A DNA stretch of 64,000 nt, taken from positions 36,644,001 to 36,708,000 of the forward strand of contig CM052818.1 of assembly GCA_028534125.1 (NCBI GenBank). The letters are read 5' to 3'. Both the position numbers and the translations under genes were made by a program. The stretch is from Lama glama (taxonomy: Eukaryota). Positions within the stretch are counted from its first letter, which is position 1; each line of letters starts with the position of its first letter. The notes beneath the pieces are model-generated. The model saw only the letters and a list, made by a program, of their open reading frames with translations, did not search any database and was not told where the DNA came from. Of the stretch, positions 1 through 11,945 are shown piece after piece.

Positions 1-452
1 ACGCCTGGTGGGGGTCGTGTGTTGCCAGCACCTTTTAAAATATACGTACATGTGTGAGGAAAAAGCTCGAGGGTCTAGAAAATCTTATACTTGTGGGTGG
101 AGGCAGGTCAGGCCAAGGTCCAAGGCAGAGACGTTTTGGTGCAAGTCCTGGATTAAATCTGAAAAGTCTCCCAGAGGCGGGAGTTTTATGTGAGAGATTT
201 GCTTCTGGCTTCTGGGATTCTACGTGGCAAAGCTGTTTCTCCACCATGAGTGCTGTCCTCTGCACTGTCCCAGGAGGCTGGGCTGGCAGAGAGGAGGGAA
301 AGGTGACCTGGCCCTTCCCTGGGGTGGGCAGGGCCCCATTTTTGCTTGTCTGAAATCTCACACTTGCATGGAACCTCCCGGTTCATAAAATGCATACCGC
401 TCCAGCCTCTCACATGGTGGTCCCAGGTGCAGACATCCAGCTTTCCACTTTT

Positions 453-487
453 CAGAGTCAGACCCAGACTCAGACTCAGACTCAGAG
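453..487. repeat. Short imperfect (CAGACT)n hexamer repeat
   Basis: cagagt-cagacc-cagact-cagact-cagact-cagag read directly. Confidence 0.8.
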
Positions 488-2051
488 AAGCTGAGCCTGG
501 GCCCGGTGCACCACTGAGGAGGCCAGCCCCGGCACTGGTTCCCAGTCCCTTCTTTCTGCACACACCTCTCCTCTCCCAGGGAAGAGTGAGGGGAGTGGAA
601 GCTCTGCTTACAGAATCACAGCAGACATGATGAATGGGGGCTGAGCACGTCACTCTGGGATGCTCCTGATGGGCCACAGTGCTGCTCTGAATGTACAACC
701 ATTGGTCCTGCACACCAACTCCCATTCCGTCCCCATCTCCCCATTCAGAGCCACAAAGGCAGAGCCTCAACATACGCAGGCACACCCCTGGGATCTAAGG
801 ACAGGGTCCCCCAGCACCCCAGAAATGCAGCAGGGCCACACTGACCAGCTCTGGGGAGAATCATGCCCGTCAAGCCTGACTACCTCTTGTCCGAGATGAT
901 CCCTCAGAAGCGACCGAGGCCACCCTGGTGTGCCCAGTAGCATCCCGTCGGCTGTGAGGAAGGCCTTCTGCCTTTTCCAGGTCTCCTCTCCAGTGGAGAG
1001 TGAAGGGTCTGTCCTGCGGGCCCCCACTCCTGAGGGATGAGATGCAGGCCCCCGTGATGGCTCACCTGCTCACCACAAAGGCTGCATGCTCCCGGGCGGG
1101 GCCCTGGCCCGGGGCCTCCACACACGCACTTCACCCGTGGGCTCCCCTTCCCTCAGGAGTGAACAGAAGTTGGCTTCCCTGCCTACAGGGCGCTGGGGCA
1201 AGTCTTCCTCCCGCAAGCACCACTAGGGCTCCAGGCTGCGGAGGGACCACCCTGTCCCCAGGCTCTCTCAGCTCCCTTGGAGGAGACGTCCGGGTGGCTA
1301 ACTGGAATAAAAGACAAATGACAAGGCTGCGCAGCCCCTGACTTCCGGCTCCTACCCCGCACCGCCACCCACTGCCTGTCCCCAGAACCCACCTCCCTGC
1401 CGCTCTCCTCTCGGCTCCTGGTGCCCAGACAGAAAGCACGCCCGGGGCCTCCACTGGGCACCCCACCTCCCTCGTCTCAGTTTTCCTGCAGCCTCTGAAA
1501 AGGACTAACTCCCTGCTTAGGAGAGAAGCTGCTTAAAATTTGATCCAAAGTTTTAGGTGATGTTTATCTTATCTTCACATTTTCTATAACGTGGTTAGTT
1601 AACTGTAATAGTGGAAAATTTACGTCTCTACTTGGGAGTATAGGAAACAGGCTGGTACGACTGAGCCTGCCCTAGGAGTCCCGCCCCACTGGGCAATATG
1701 GGCTCCGGCCCAGTCACTGCCTAGTTCAAGGTCTAGTTCAGACCCTGGAGAACCCTCACAGAGCTGGACCCTTTCATGCTGTGCTCAAGTCAGACCCCAA
1801 GAGCCGGGCAGGCCCCAGGTGTTCGGCACCTCCCTGGCCCTGCCACGCAGGCTGGCCATTGAGTGGCTGGGTTCCAGGGCCTCTCTGCAAAGGGGCCCAC
1901 ACTCCTTGCTCTGTTTGGTGAAGCTGTACCCAACTGCCTCCCTGAGTCTGAGTGCTGGGCCTGTCCCCTCTGCTCTGTCAGCTCCGAGTCCTCGGTGACC
2001 ACTCCAGGACTCAACCTGAGGCCCCTGGGCAGTAGAAAGAGGGCCAGGTGG

Positions 2052-2185
2052 GGAGTCAAGAGGGTTGAGTTTGAACCCCAGCACTACCCCTTACTAGCCC
2101 CGGGAACTCAGGGAAGCCTCTGGTTATTCATCTAGAAAGTGCAGATGGACAGCTCTGCCTGTCCCCAGGGCCACTGTGAGGACCA
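2052..2185 (+). mobile_element. MIR SINE fragment, decayed
   Basis: ggagtcaa...gagtttgaaccccagcactaccccttactagc...ttcatctagaaagtg...ctgtgagga follows the MIR B-box/core order. Confidence 0.55.
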
Positions 2186-4764
2186 GACAGTAAGTCCTGG
2201 CAGCCCTCTGTGCACAGAGTTCAGATCTGAAAGTTACAGGGAGGAAAAGCATGAGCCCATAACCCCAAGGCCAAAAGGAACTGGGCAGGTTTCCGGGTGA
2301 GAACGAAGGAGGCTGTGAACTACGAAGCTGTGTGGGTCTGGTGTCTCACGGACTCCCTGAGACCCGCTGTGCTAGGTGGCCGGAACCCTGCAGGGTGCTC
2401 TGTCACCTGGGCCACCAGGATACAACACAGTGGGGTGGAAGGCAGGCCATCTTTGTTGAACACCCATGACCTAGGCGATCTCCTATCACCCAGGGCCTTC
2501 CCTGATGGATGGGACCCTTCCTGCAGCTCAGGGGAGCAGTCCAGACCTGGAGAAGGGGAGTGAGCAGACACCAGGCTGTGCCTCTGTACCTCAGTCGCAC
2601 ATACACTTGCTGGACACCAGATGAGCAGCCCTGCCTCATGAACTTGCCTCAGCATGAATAACTCATGAGTAAGCAATCAAGCATTGCGAATGTGACAGTC
2701 CTTTCCTTAGTGTTGTCCACGTGCGGCTGGGGCACAGGGCCCACTGTCCAGGAGCTCACAGTCTGGCACGCTGGGCAACCCCAAACTTGCCTCAGGATGG
2801 TGGCGCCTGGTGTCCTGGGACACGCTCCGTGTCCCCCACTATTGACAAGCCCCGAGTGCATGTGCTGTCCCCAGGATCACAGGTGGCTAATGACCCTTCC
2901 CTCATTCCTATCATTAAGGCATTCGGAGGAGTGGGCGCCGGCTGCGAGGGCCCGGAGGCGTGATTAATCCACAGGACGGTGGGGGAGCTGCGCTGCCTCC
3001 AGACAGGGGGCTGAGGAGGGAACCGCGGCCGCTTGGAAAATGTATGATTCCCTTGTTCGGGGGAGACATGCTGCCAAGTCGGTTGGAACAGTCCATGCCC
3101 ATCTTTCTTATTTTCATTTCCCTCTCTGCATCTTTTAGTCTTTCTTCTGGAGCAAAATAATAAAGAGCAGCCGGGACACCATCTTGGCAAATGCAACACA
3201 AAGGAATTCTCCGGGCGCTTCTGGAGAAGCTAGCTTGGCCCTGGCTTGGCACAGATGTTAGCAGGAGCCAGGGATGCCCCGCAGAAATGCCTCCCTGGTT
3301 CCTGGGGCTGCCTCTGCTCCCATCAATCCCCGGCCCCACAGAGACCTTACTGACTCAGAAGGCTCACTGCTGGCTGAGGCTGGGGGGCAGGCTGCTCCAG
3401 CCCCTCCGGTAGGAGGACTGCTCTGAGCAACCCGCTCTTCTCCGAGAGGTAGGCTGACCATCCAGCGATGGGCTGGCACGTTCCACCCCACTATGGGAGA
3501 GCCACTCCTGTAAGAATGCGCTCCCTCCAGACAGGACCACTCTCTGACTGGGCACAGGCTAGGCACCAGGCACAGGACTCAGGAAACGCTCCCAGATCAA
3601 AGTGGCAAGCCCTTTCCAGCTCAGGACACATCATGAGGCAAGAGAGGTGCCCAGGGTGAAAAATGCAAGGCCTCCCCGAACCCACCCCGGGGTCCAGCCC
3701 TGAAGGCAAGGTCTCCTAACAGATTTCCTGGTCCGCCTCACCAGTCCAGGCCCTGCTCCTGGGGGAAGGTATTCCTCAGGGAGGAGCTGGTGCTCAGCAT
3801 CTGAAGTGGATACAAAATGTGTGGGTAGTGGGGCCAGGTGTAGGTGCCAGCCTAGACCTGGGGCCCCATTTCAAATCCTTTGGACCAGCTCAGAAGCCAT
3901 GGAAGCTCTGGAACATTCACAGGCTAATGCCGGCAGAGTGACCTGAGGTGCGGTTTCATTGTTAGTCCCTTTCCTTAAATACCCCAGTGAACTGGACACA
4001 GCCATTGCTGTCACATTTCATGCCTGCTCTGAAAGAGCTCTCCCCTTCCATCTCACCTTGTCCAGTCAGGGCAGACCACCGTCCTCCTGTGAATATCCTT
4101 CAGGCCCAACCATTACCGGTAACTCACTCAGCAGGGCCCGTGTGCCGGGCTGGGGTCGCTCGTCCTAGCCCCACTACTTAGCTGCTGGCAGCTTCCACCA
4201 AGACCTGCTGCAGCTCCAGGTTCTCAACCCAACCAAGCAGCCTCTACCAGGCCCTGCAGGCTTGGGGGAGAGGGAAGTCAGGGATGTGACCGCCCAGATC
4301 AGAAACCAGGGCAGTGAAGTCTGACCTCTGCTTCCGCTCCCCAGGTGGCATCAATCTCTGTAACAGATGGCTTTAGGGTGTCATCTTTATCTTTAAAGGG
4401 AGACAGGGAACCTGCTTTCTCCACTGCCAGCTAAACCTGCGTATATTTCCTAAGTTTTGGCTCATCCAAAGCTTTGGGGGAGACACAATCCAGCAGACCC
4501 TGGACCAGTGGGTGGACTGGCTCAGGGGAGGGGGGAGGGTCCTGCATTTAAGGACCAGCAGCGGTCATGGCAACAATAGCATGGCCTTCTGGGGCCACAG
4601 TGCTTACCCTTCACAAGGCTCTTCAGAAACACCGCATCATTTCCTTCTTATAACATCCCAGTGGTGTAGGCAGAGATGTGCTGGCATTGGGGACAACGGA
4701 GAGGAAAGGATGAAGATAGGGGCTGGGCCAGTAGCCTAAGCGCCCCCTACCCAAGTGCAGCCTT

Positions 4765-4900
4765 TCTGCAGCATGGGTGCCACCTGGAGGCTTGTTGGAA
4801 TGCAAATTCCAGGACCCGCCGAAGCACTACTGAGTCAGAATCTGCGTTTTTCACAAGACCCCCCAGGAGGACTTGAATGCAGGTAGAGCCTGAGACATGC
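4765..4900. mobile_element. MER5-family hAT-Charlie non-autonomous DNA transposon
   Basis: cacctggaggcttgttggaatgcaaattccagg...ctactgagtcagaatctgcgtttt...acaagacccccagg resembles the MER5A core. Confidence 0.75.
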
Positions 4901-6419
4901 CAGCCTAATAACTGCCCGCTAGCAGGACCAGAATCGGCCCTAGGACCCAGGCATTCTGATGCTCCGGCAGCGCCTGCTGCTGCACTGTGGTCCTCAGATG
5001 GCCCTGGGGGGCACAGGTGTTTTGGAGAAAAGCCACAGTCCGTAATTACAGGGCTTAATACATGACCTAAAAAGACAAATGTTGCAAAATGCTTTTCTGA
5101 TGATAGGTTTCCAGAAAAATGCCACCGATTCCTTTCCTGGGCACAATTTCTTACGCAAAAAGCAATCTCCCTGCCTCAGAAAGGTGGTATCCAGCACCTG
5201 TGTTAGAGGAACAATATTAAAAGAACAAGCCTCCCTTCCTCTCCCTTCCCATGTACACCTCTGCTCTGAGACATTCTGGCTGTGGGTTTTGATGTAGTGA
5301 TTTTTTTTTTTTCCCTAAAAGGCATATATGATTCAGAGACTTTTCTCAAGGGACTAATTGACTAGGCATTTGTGCTATTGCTACTGGTGTAAATCATTAT
5401 AATGGTGATAATGAAATATAAAAAAGATATTGGAAATGACAACTGGCAGCATAAACTGAGCGAAGAAGGGAGGCGTGTCTAAATTAGGGGCTCATAAACA
5501 TCAGGATGGATGAGGCAGGTATGACGGAGGGGTTTGGTTTGACGGCACTGAGGACAATTATTCGGAGTCATCAGGACGAGTAACCATCTTTGCTCCTTCT
5601 GACTCTTAGTTCTTGGTGGCTCCGTGGAGAATGCAAACACTCAGCCTTCTTTCCCACTGTCCTGCAAACACATGATGGCAGAATTGGGAGCTAGACTTTG
5701 CAGTTACCTCCCTTCTCCAAGCAGGCCTCCGTCTCTCTCACAGGCCGCCTCCGGCACGCCTGATTATTCCGAATCTTGCAGAACTGACTAATTCAACGAG
5801 ATCCCTCTTCGCAGCAAATGGTGTTCATCAACGACCCAAGTTGATGGATGAATCCCACTCGGTGCCTGGAGCCAGACCCAGCAGCAAGAGTTGCAAAGAA
5901 AGACGAATACATGCTCTCTATTTAGCTGCCAAAATTCTCCTGCAATTTGCTTTCTTCTAGACAAGAGTCGATTCAAAAGTCTATTTGGAAACATTAGGGA
6001 ACGGCTGTCACATGGCCGGCAGATCATACTGCCTGTGACAGGATATTATCTTCCTTGGGAGAGACTCGACTGCTTTTTTACTTCACCGAGTAAATAGCGT
6101 CTAGGCTGATGGCTGCAGAATTGCTCCGAGGGCTGGGGACATTAAAATCCCTGTCCAGAGTGAATGCAGAACCCACAGCCACTTCAGCAGCAGGATTTGT
6201 GCAACCTTCACCGCCGCTGGTGTGAGCACGCTGCTCTCCTGTTTCCATCTCTGGGGGCTCCTGCTTACCCAGCATCCCTCGCCAAGGAATCAGGAAGTAG
6301 CTGGCTTCCTTTTCTGGGGCTCCTCCTCCATGAGACAGGACTCAGTGCCCCATTTTCCCTCCCAAGCAACCCTGTAGACATGCCCTTGATTAATCCCTGT
6401 TCTGCCTTTTCCTTGTCAA

Positions 6420-6560
6420 ATCATAGCACATTTACTGACCACCTCTTGCCCTGTTAGGCCTGGCTCTGTGCAAGCTCCTGAGCGCAGGCAAGGATGGGGC
6501 AAGGCTCCTGCTTTGGGGAAAAGTAGGGCTGGTCAAGAGGAAAGCACACAGTAGGGATAC
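6420..6560 (-). mobile_element. L2 LINE 3' fragment, decayed
   Basis: cacatttactgaccacct...ggcctggctctgtgcaag resembles the antisense L2 3' end. Confidence 0.4.
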
Positions 6561-7749
6561 AGAAAAGTACAAACGTGCCTGGCTCAAGGGCGGGAGTGCC
6601 TGGTCAGGGCAGGTCAGGGTGGCCCTGGAGCCCAGGGCAGGCAGCTTCCTGGGGTGTCATTCATTCCAGGGAACAGACTGTACTGGAGCTAGGACACCGT
6701 GAGGGCGGGCACGTGGGAGAGGAAATAAATGTAGCGTGCCCAAGGATGGAAGTCGCAGCTTTGCCTGCCGTGAATCCGGCCTGCTGAGCTTACCCCATAC
6801 GTGGACTACAACACCCCTCCCCAACACAGAGGCCCTTAAAAAGCCTTCCCTTTAGCTTTAGGAGACGAGGGTCCACAATGCTCACTGGGGTTTCCTCCAC
6901 GATCAGCAGGAGAGGGGAGGACTGTTTTGGGTCACTTGGGAGAGAATTGTGCCCTGGTCCTGGCCACCGACCCCTTGTTTTGGCCACTCTCTTGCTGACC
7001 TCTCTACCAGGGGCCTGGCTTGTCTCAGACCTCAGAGCCTCCTCCACCTTCATTTTGGGAGCTGCTGCCCTATCTTGATCTACTTGCTTCAGATTTTCAC
7101 TATCTTTATTCTAGGTCTGTACTTTTAATTTAATTTAATTAAAAAAAAAAAACAACCCAAAACACCCAGACCAGAGGGCAGCCTGTTGCGAGGTTGTGTG
7201 TTTTATCACCATCCAAGCATGCAAACGAGGCAGCCTCTGTTGACAAGTTCACATCTCCAGTGCAGAGCTGGCTGTTTGAACAGCTTGTGTGCAGTAATTG
7301 AAACATAGATTTTTTGTTGCCTTTCTGTTTATTTTTAGATCAACCAAGCAGGGACCCTTGGCTTCTAGGCTGCCACTTCCACCCCGTCGGGCAGCCTGGG
7401 GCTGCTGGCCTCCTGCCCACCAGCAGCAAGGACCACCATGTGCCCTCTGGGGTCCCCCTGTCCTGGGTTTGTCCTGCGTCTAACTCTGGTTTGACCTTCA
7501 CCATGACCCCCAGGGCTAAGGGTAGGGAAGCTGATGAATGTAGGTTGCCTGCTGGCTGTTCCCTACCCCTCAGGTCCCTGCAGACTGTATCCTTATAATG
7601 ATGGACTCTCAGAGCCACTCTGGAGTCAGCCACTCCCCTCAACATTTGTTACCCGAGGCACCGAACACTGGGGCTCCAACAAAGGAAGGGCCACGTGGCT
7701 CAGAGAGGCTGCTCTCAGGGCTAGTTTTTACTCTTAAAAAATGATGATT

Positions 7750-8130
7750 GCTGCCACCTGGATAGCTGAGTTACACTGTGACAATAAGCAGCCCCCAGTC
7801 TCGCAGCTCAAACTACATCGTGTGCTCTTTGCTCTTGCTGCCTGCTCACCACTGGTCACCTGGGAGCCCTGCTCCAGGTCATCCTTCTTTAGGACTCAGG
7901 CTGACAGAGTGCCCTGCAGCTGCACTCTGCTGGCCACGGGGACAAAGGGAAAGAGGGTTTGAGGAATCAACACACTGGCTCTTAAAGCTGTCCCTTAGAA
8001 GGGACCTGTGTCCTCTCTGCTCTCAGGTCATTGGCCAAAGCAAGCCACGTGGCCGTGCCTAACTTCAAGGGGGTGCAGGAGTGCCACCCTATCATATGCC
8101 CAGAAGGAGAAAGGATTTTGGGAAAGAGAC
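7750..8130 (-). mobile_element. MaLR solo LTR (old MLT1, MLT1K/L-like)
   Basis: ggactcaggctgacagag, cacactggctcttaaagct and cattggccaaagcaagccacgtggccgtgcctaacttcaaggg are characteristic old-MLT1 blocks. Confidence 0.75.
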
Positions 8131-8799
8131 AGTGAGGGAAGGGTGGGCGTGTGTGCGTGTGTGTGTTCATGTGCGTGTGTCTATGGAGTGCCGGGGCTGA
8201 GCTGAGCCCTCCTCCTCTGAACACTGCAGCGCCCCTGAATCCCTCCCTCACCGTCAGCCACAGTCACTTGGCACACTATGACTTTTGTCTCTCCAGCCCA
8301 GAAGGCTGGCAGTTCCCTGAGCTCAGAGCCTGCCTTCTCCTCATCTCACCATCCCAAAGCTTGCTCTAGGCTGGGCAGAGTGTATGGGCCCAGTAATATT
8401 TACTGGGCTGAACTGTCCCACGGACTGGGATGTGAATGACAAGGATGTGACAGGTACAAAGGTCCTCAGATCACTTTCTTCTCCCATTGGGGTATCTCCA
8501 CCTCTGCACGGCTTGAGGCCTTACCCTGTGCCACCTCTTTCTGGAAGCCTTCCTGGACCACTCAGATGGCAACCACAGCTGCTCTGGGCCTCACCCTGTA
8601 CTCAGCACTGCTCTCTTTTTATTACAGATCCTATGAAATGATAGTCATGTAACAGGTTTATTAAATAGACTGAACTCAGTGGGATATTAGTAGCAAACAG
8701 ATTTCTTTTTCTCCCACTACTTCCCTTCAAACCTACCCTGTTGGACCCAAACAGCTTTCTGGGTGTCACTCGGGTACTACTTCTACTACCGAGCGCTGA

Positions 8800-8975
8800 C
8801 GCACTGAGCATTTACTGCGTGCCTGGCACCGCACTGAGGGCTGCCCACGCGTCAGCTCTCTTAATCCTCAGAACAAACCTAGGAGGAGGGTGCTTGTAGA
8901 AACTGAAACACGGAGAAGTTCAAGTAACTTACACGTTTAAGTAACCTACGTGGTCACACAGCTGAGTCATTGGCA
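8800..8975 (-). mobile_element. MIR SINE
   Basis: actgagcatttactgcgtgcctggcacc...ttaatcctcagaacaaacct...gaaactgaaacacggagaagttcaagtaactt...ggtcacacagct. Confidence 0.75.
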
Positions 8976-10799
8976 AGGTCCACTCTAAAAACAGTCTCAT
9001 CCTCGGCTTCTCCATAGCCAAGTCCAATCTTTTATTGGAATTTTGATCTCATATCCAGTTCAAAGCTTCTCCCCTCAGCCCAGCCCCTGTTGACTCAGGC
9101 TCAGAATCCCATAATCGGGGGGAGGGGGGACATGTGACACTCCAAGTGCTGCCTCCTTCCCACTCACTAACTGCTGCTTCTGGCTTCCTCAGAGTGGCCA
9201 GAGGGAGGCTGAGAGGACAGAGGCAAGGTGTGACCAGAACGCAGCAAGTCTGGGGCAGTGGCCTCCGGGTGGCAGAGATCCAGTGGACACCACTGGGGTT
9301 CTTTGCTGGAGCTGCCGAATGGTCAGGCTGTGCTCAGGTGCTCCCTGCAGAGCTCTGACAGCTCACGTGCTGCCAGGCTGTCCACAGCTCAAGTCTGACT
9401 CCCTCATGCAGTGTCCACTCTAGAAGTGTCATGGTGACTGGCCACCTCCGGTCATGCAGAGTCAGGTACAGTGCTGGTGCCTGGTCACATCTTCCCAAAT
9501 GCTCTGGTCTCAGAGGGCACCAGGTCCCACGGAGGGAAGTCTTGAGTTGATGGCGGGTGGGGGCATGTCCCCAGAAGTGGGGGGAGACACCCCGCACTCC
9601 TTCCTCAGACAGCGCTCTTCTCGGGAAGGATGGTCCTTGTAGTCATCACAAGGCTTTTCTAACTTTTGGGCTGTGGGAGGTAGGAGAGGGGTCCTACCCA
9701 GCTTCTGTTTTATTGTGGGGGTCCTGAGCACCTTTCAGCCTCATCGGAGGCTCCAAGACAACAGGAACGGTCAACCCTAACATCTCATGAAAGCTGATTC
9801 AGTCCTTCTCCAGCTCAGTTCTTGTCTCCAAAAGGAAGCTGTCTTGATAATGCTGGGTTACTCTGCTCCTCACACTTTGGCCCCGCTCCCCTCCAGCCCT
9901 TGTTCTGCACGGCCCCATGTGCCTGGTCACACACTGAGTTCTGAAAACACTCAGCACTGCCATTCCCCATTGGCTGCCTGGGTGGAAACCCTACTTACAG
10001 CCGTCAGTCACATCATTTGTCCCCAGTCACATCTGTGCAGACCCCAGCTGCACTGGGCTCAGTCCCAGGGTCTACTGAGGGCAAGGGAGTGGGCATCACA
10101 AGGACAATTGGGGAGGGGAGAGTCAGGGCCACTGAATGGGTGTTGGAGAGTTGTCTGCAGGCTGGATCTCAGCTGCAGCAGCCCCTGGGAGAGGGAGGGA
10201 GACGACCATCTGTTCTCGGCTCTGCCCAGCCCAGTCTGCACGGACAGGCAGTCCATTGACAGTGGGCTGGCCTGCAGTGGGCCCCCAGAGCAGGGCTGAC
10301 TCCCCACTGTCTGGGGTTCAACAAAAGATGCTACAGAGGTCTGGGCTTGGATGGGGAGGGAGGGAGTGTCTGCCTGAGGTTGGGGGATTCTGGTGTCAGA
10401 TACCAGCCTGACACTATCAGGACGGACTTCTGGGGCCAGAATAAAAGCAGCTCAGTACTGCTCAAGCCAAGTCTTCCTGGCTGCCCAGAAAATCACCTGC
10501 CCCCAGGAGCAGCGTGCTCACCTTGCAGCCTCCTGGGCTGCTCACCTATGGGAAGTGCCTGGTGAATCTCACCGTGAAGTCAGAGACAGAGGCTGACACC
10601 CCCTGTGCTTGCATGGGTGTCACTCTTTATGCCCCTGAGCCTTTGCTGGCATCAGCCTCCTGAGCTGGGGACCCCTCTCTGTTGTGTGGAGCCCTCCTCA
10701 CTCAGCTGCAAGGAGACAGCAGGGGGGAGGGCAAGCAGCGCCTGCAGTCTGCCTGTCGCTCTGAAAGCCACTTGAACTGTGTCAGTCATGGCATGGCCT

Positions 10800-10925
10800 T
10801 TGTTTTATAGGGGGAAACTGAGGCTCTGAGGTGAGATGGCTGGCTCAGGGCCACAAAGGGAGGAAGTGGTGGTGCCAAGAAGAACGCTCTTGTTTTTGGC
10901 TTTGAGGCCAGTGCTCTTTCCACAT
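10800..10925 (-). mobile_element. MIR SINE fragment
   Basis: gttttatagggggaaactgaggctctgag...gctcagggccaca. Confidence 0.65.
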
Positions 10926-11034
10926 CCCCTCTGGACCTCACATCTGGACACAAGCTCTGTGAGGCCTGGCCCTGTTGATCCTCTGCCTCAAACTCATCAT
11001 GTTTCTCATATGCCCCACCCCCTTGACTGACAGC

Positions 11035-11672
11035 TGTGAATTACGTCCTGATTCCAGTCACTCCTCCCCGTCTCCATCCTGGCCACCCTGGTTTGAGCCG
11101 CTGTCACCTCTCACCCGTGTTTCTGTCGGAGCCTCCTAGCTCCACTGCCTCCTTCATCTCTTGCCCTCATTCAGTGTATTCTCCACACAGCAGCTGCAGT
11201 GATCCTGCTAAAACCCGAGTCAGACCAGTTTTCTCTTCTGCCCAAGTCCCTGCAGTGGCCCCCATCTCAACCTGGGGAAAAGCCAAACCCTTACAAAGGT
11301 CTATAAGGCCTGGGGCCTGCTTCTCTCTCCTGCTTTATCTCCCCTCCACCCTCAACAACTCTGCTGTGGCTCCCTGGGCTCCTTGCAACTCTGCCGGTAC
11401 TTTTGGCCCCTCCTACCCCAGAACCTTTGTACCTGCTGCCCCCTGCCTGCTCCACTCTTCCCCAGGCACCCCCATGACTAGTTCTCTGCTTCCCTTCAGG
11501 TCTCTTCTTAAATGCCACCTTCTCAGTGAGACCTTCTCTGACCATCTTATTTTCACATGCCAAGCTCTTTCCCTGTTCTATTTTTCATAGCTCTTATTGC
11601 CTCCTTTTAGACCACATAATTAACTTAGATTTCTCTGTCTCTCCCACACTGGAATGTAAGTTTTATAAAGGC
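11035..11672 (+). mobile_element. L2 LINE 3' region (L2a-like), 5' piece
   Basis: ttctccacacagcagctgcagtgatcc, cttcaggtctcttcttaaatgccaccttctcagtgagaccttctctgacca, tctgtctctcccacactggaatgtaag. Confidence 0.8.
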
Positions 11673-11684
11673 AGCGCCTTACAG

Positions 11685-11868
11685 ATATTGATTCATTTAC
11701 TCCACAAAACAATCAGCTATTACAATAGCTATCACCATTTTCCAGATGAAGAAATGAAGGCACAGGCAGGTCAAGCAAAGTGCCCAAAGTCACCCAGCTA
11801 GGAAGTGGCAGAGCCAGGATTCAAACCCAGGCAGTGTGGCTCTCAACCACCACGCTATCCCACTGCCA
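11685..11868 (-). mobile_element. MIR SINE interrupting the L2
   Basis: ccattttccagatgaagaaatgaaggcacag...tgcccaaagtcacccagctaggaagtggcagagccaggattcaaacccaggcagtgtggctc. Confidence 0.85.
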
Positions 11869-11871
11869 ATT

Positions 11872-11945
11872 CTATTCACTGCTGGATCTTGGCTCAGACT
11901 GCACCTAGCCTCTTATAGATGTTCACTGAAGAATGAATGAATGGG
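11872..11945 (+). mobile_element. L2 extreme 3' end with (TGAA)n tail
   Basis: tattcactgctggatc...atgttcactgaagaatgaatgaatg. Confidence 0.7.

Noticed and set aside
11036..11590. 184-aa ORF
   Set aside because: Lies entirely within a decayed L2.
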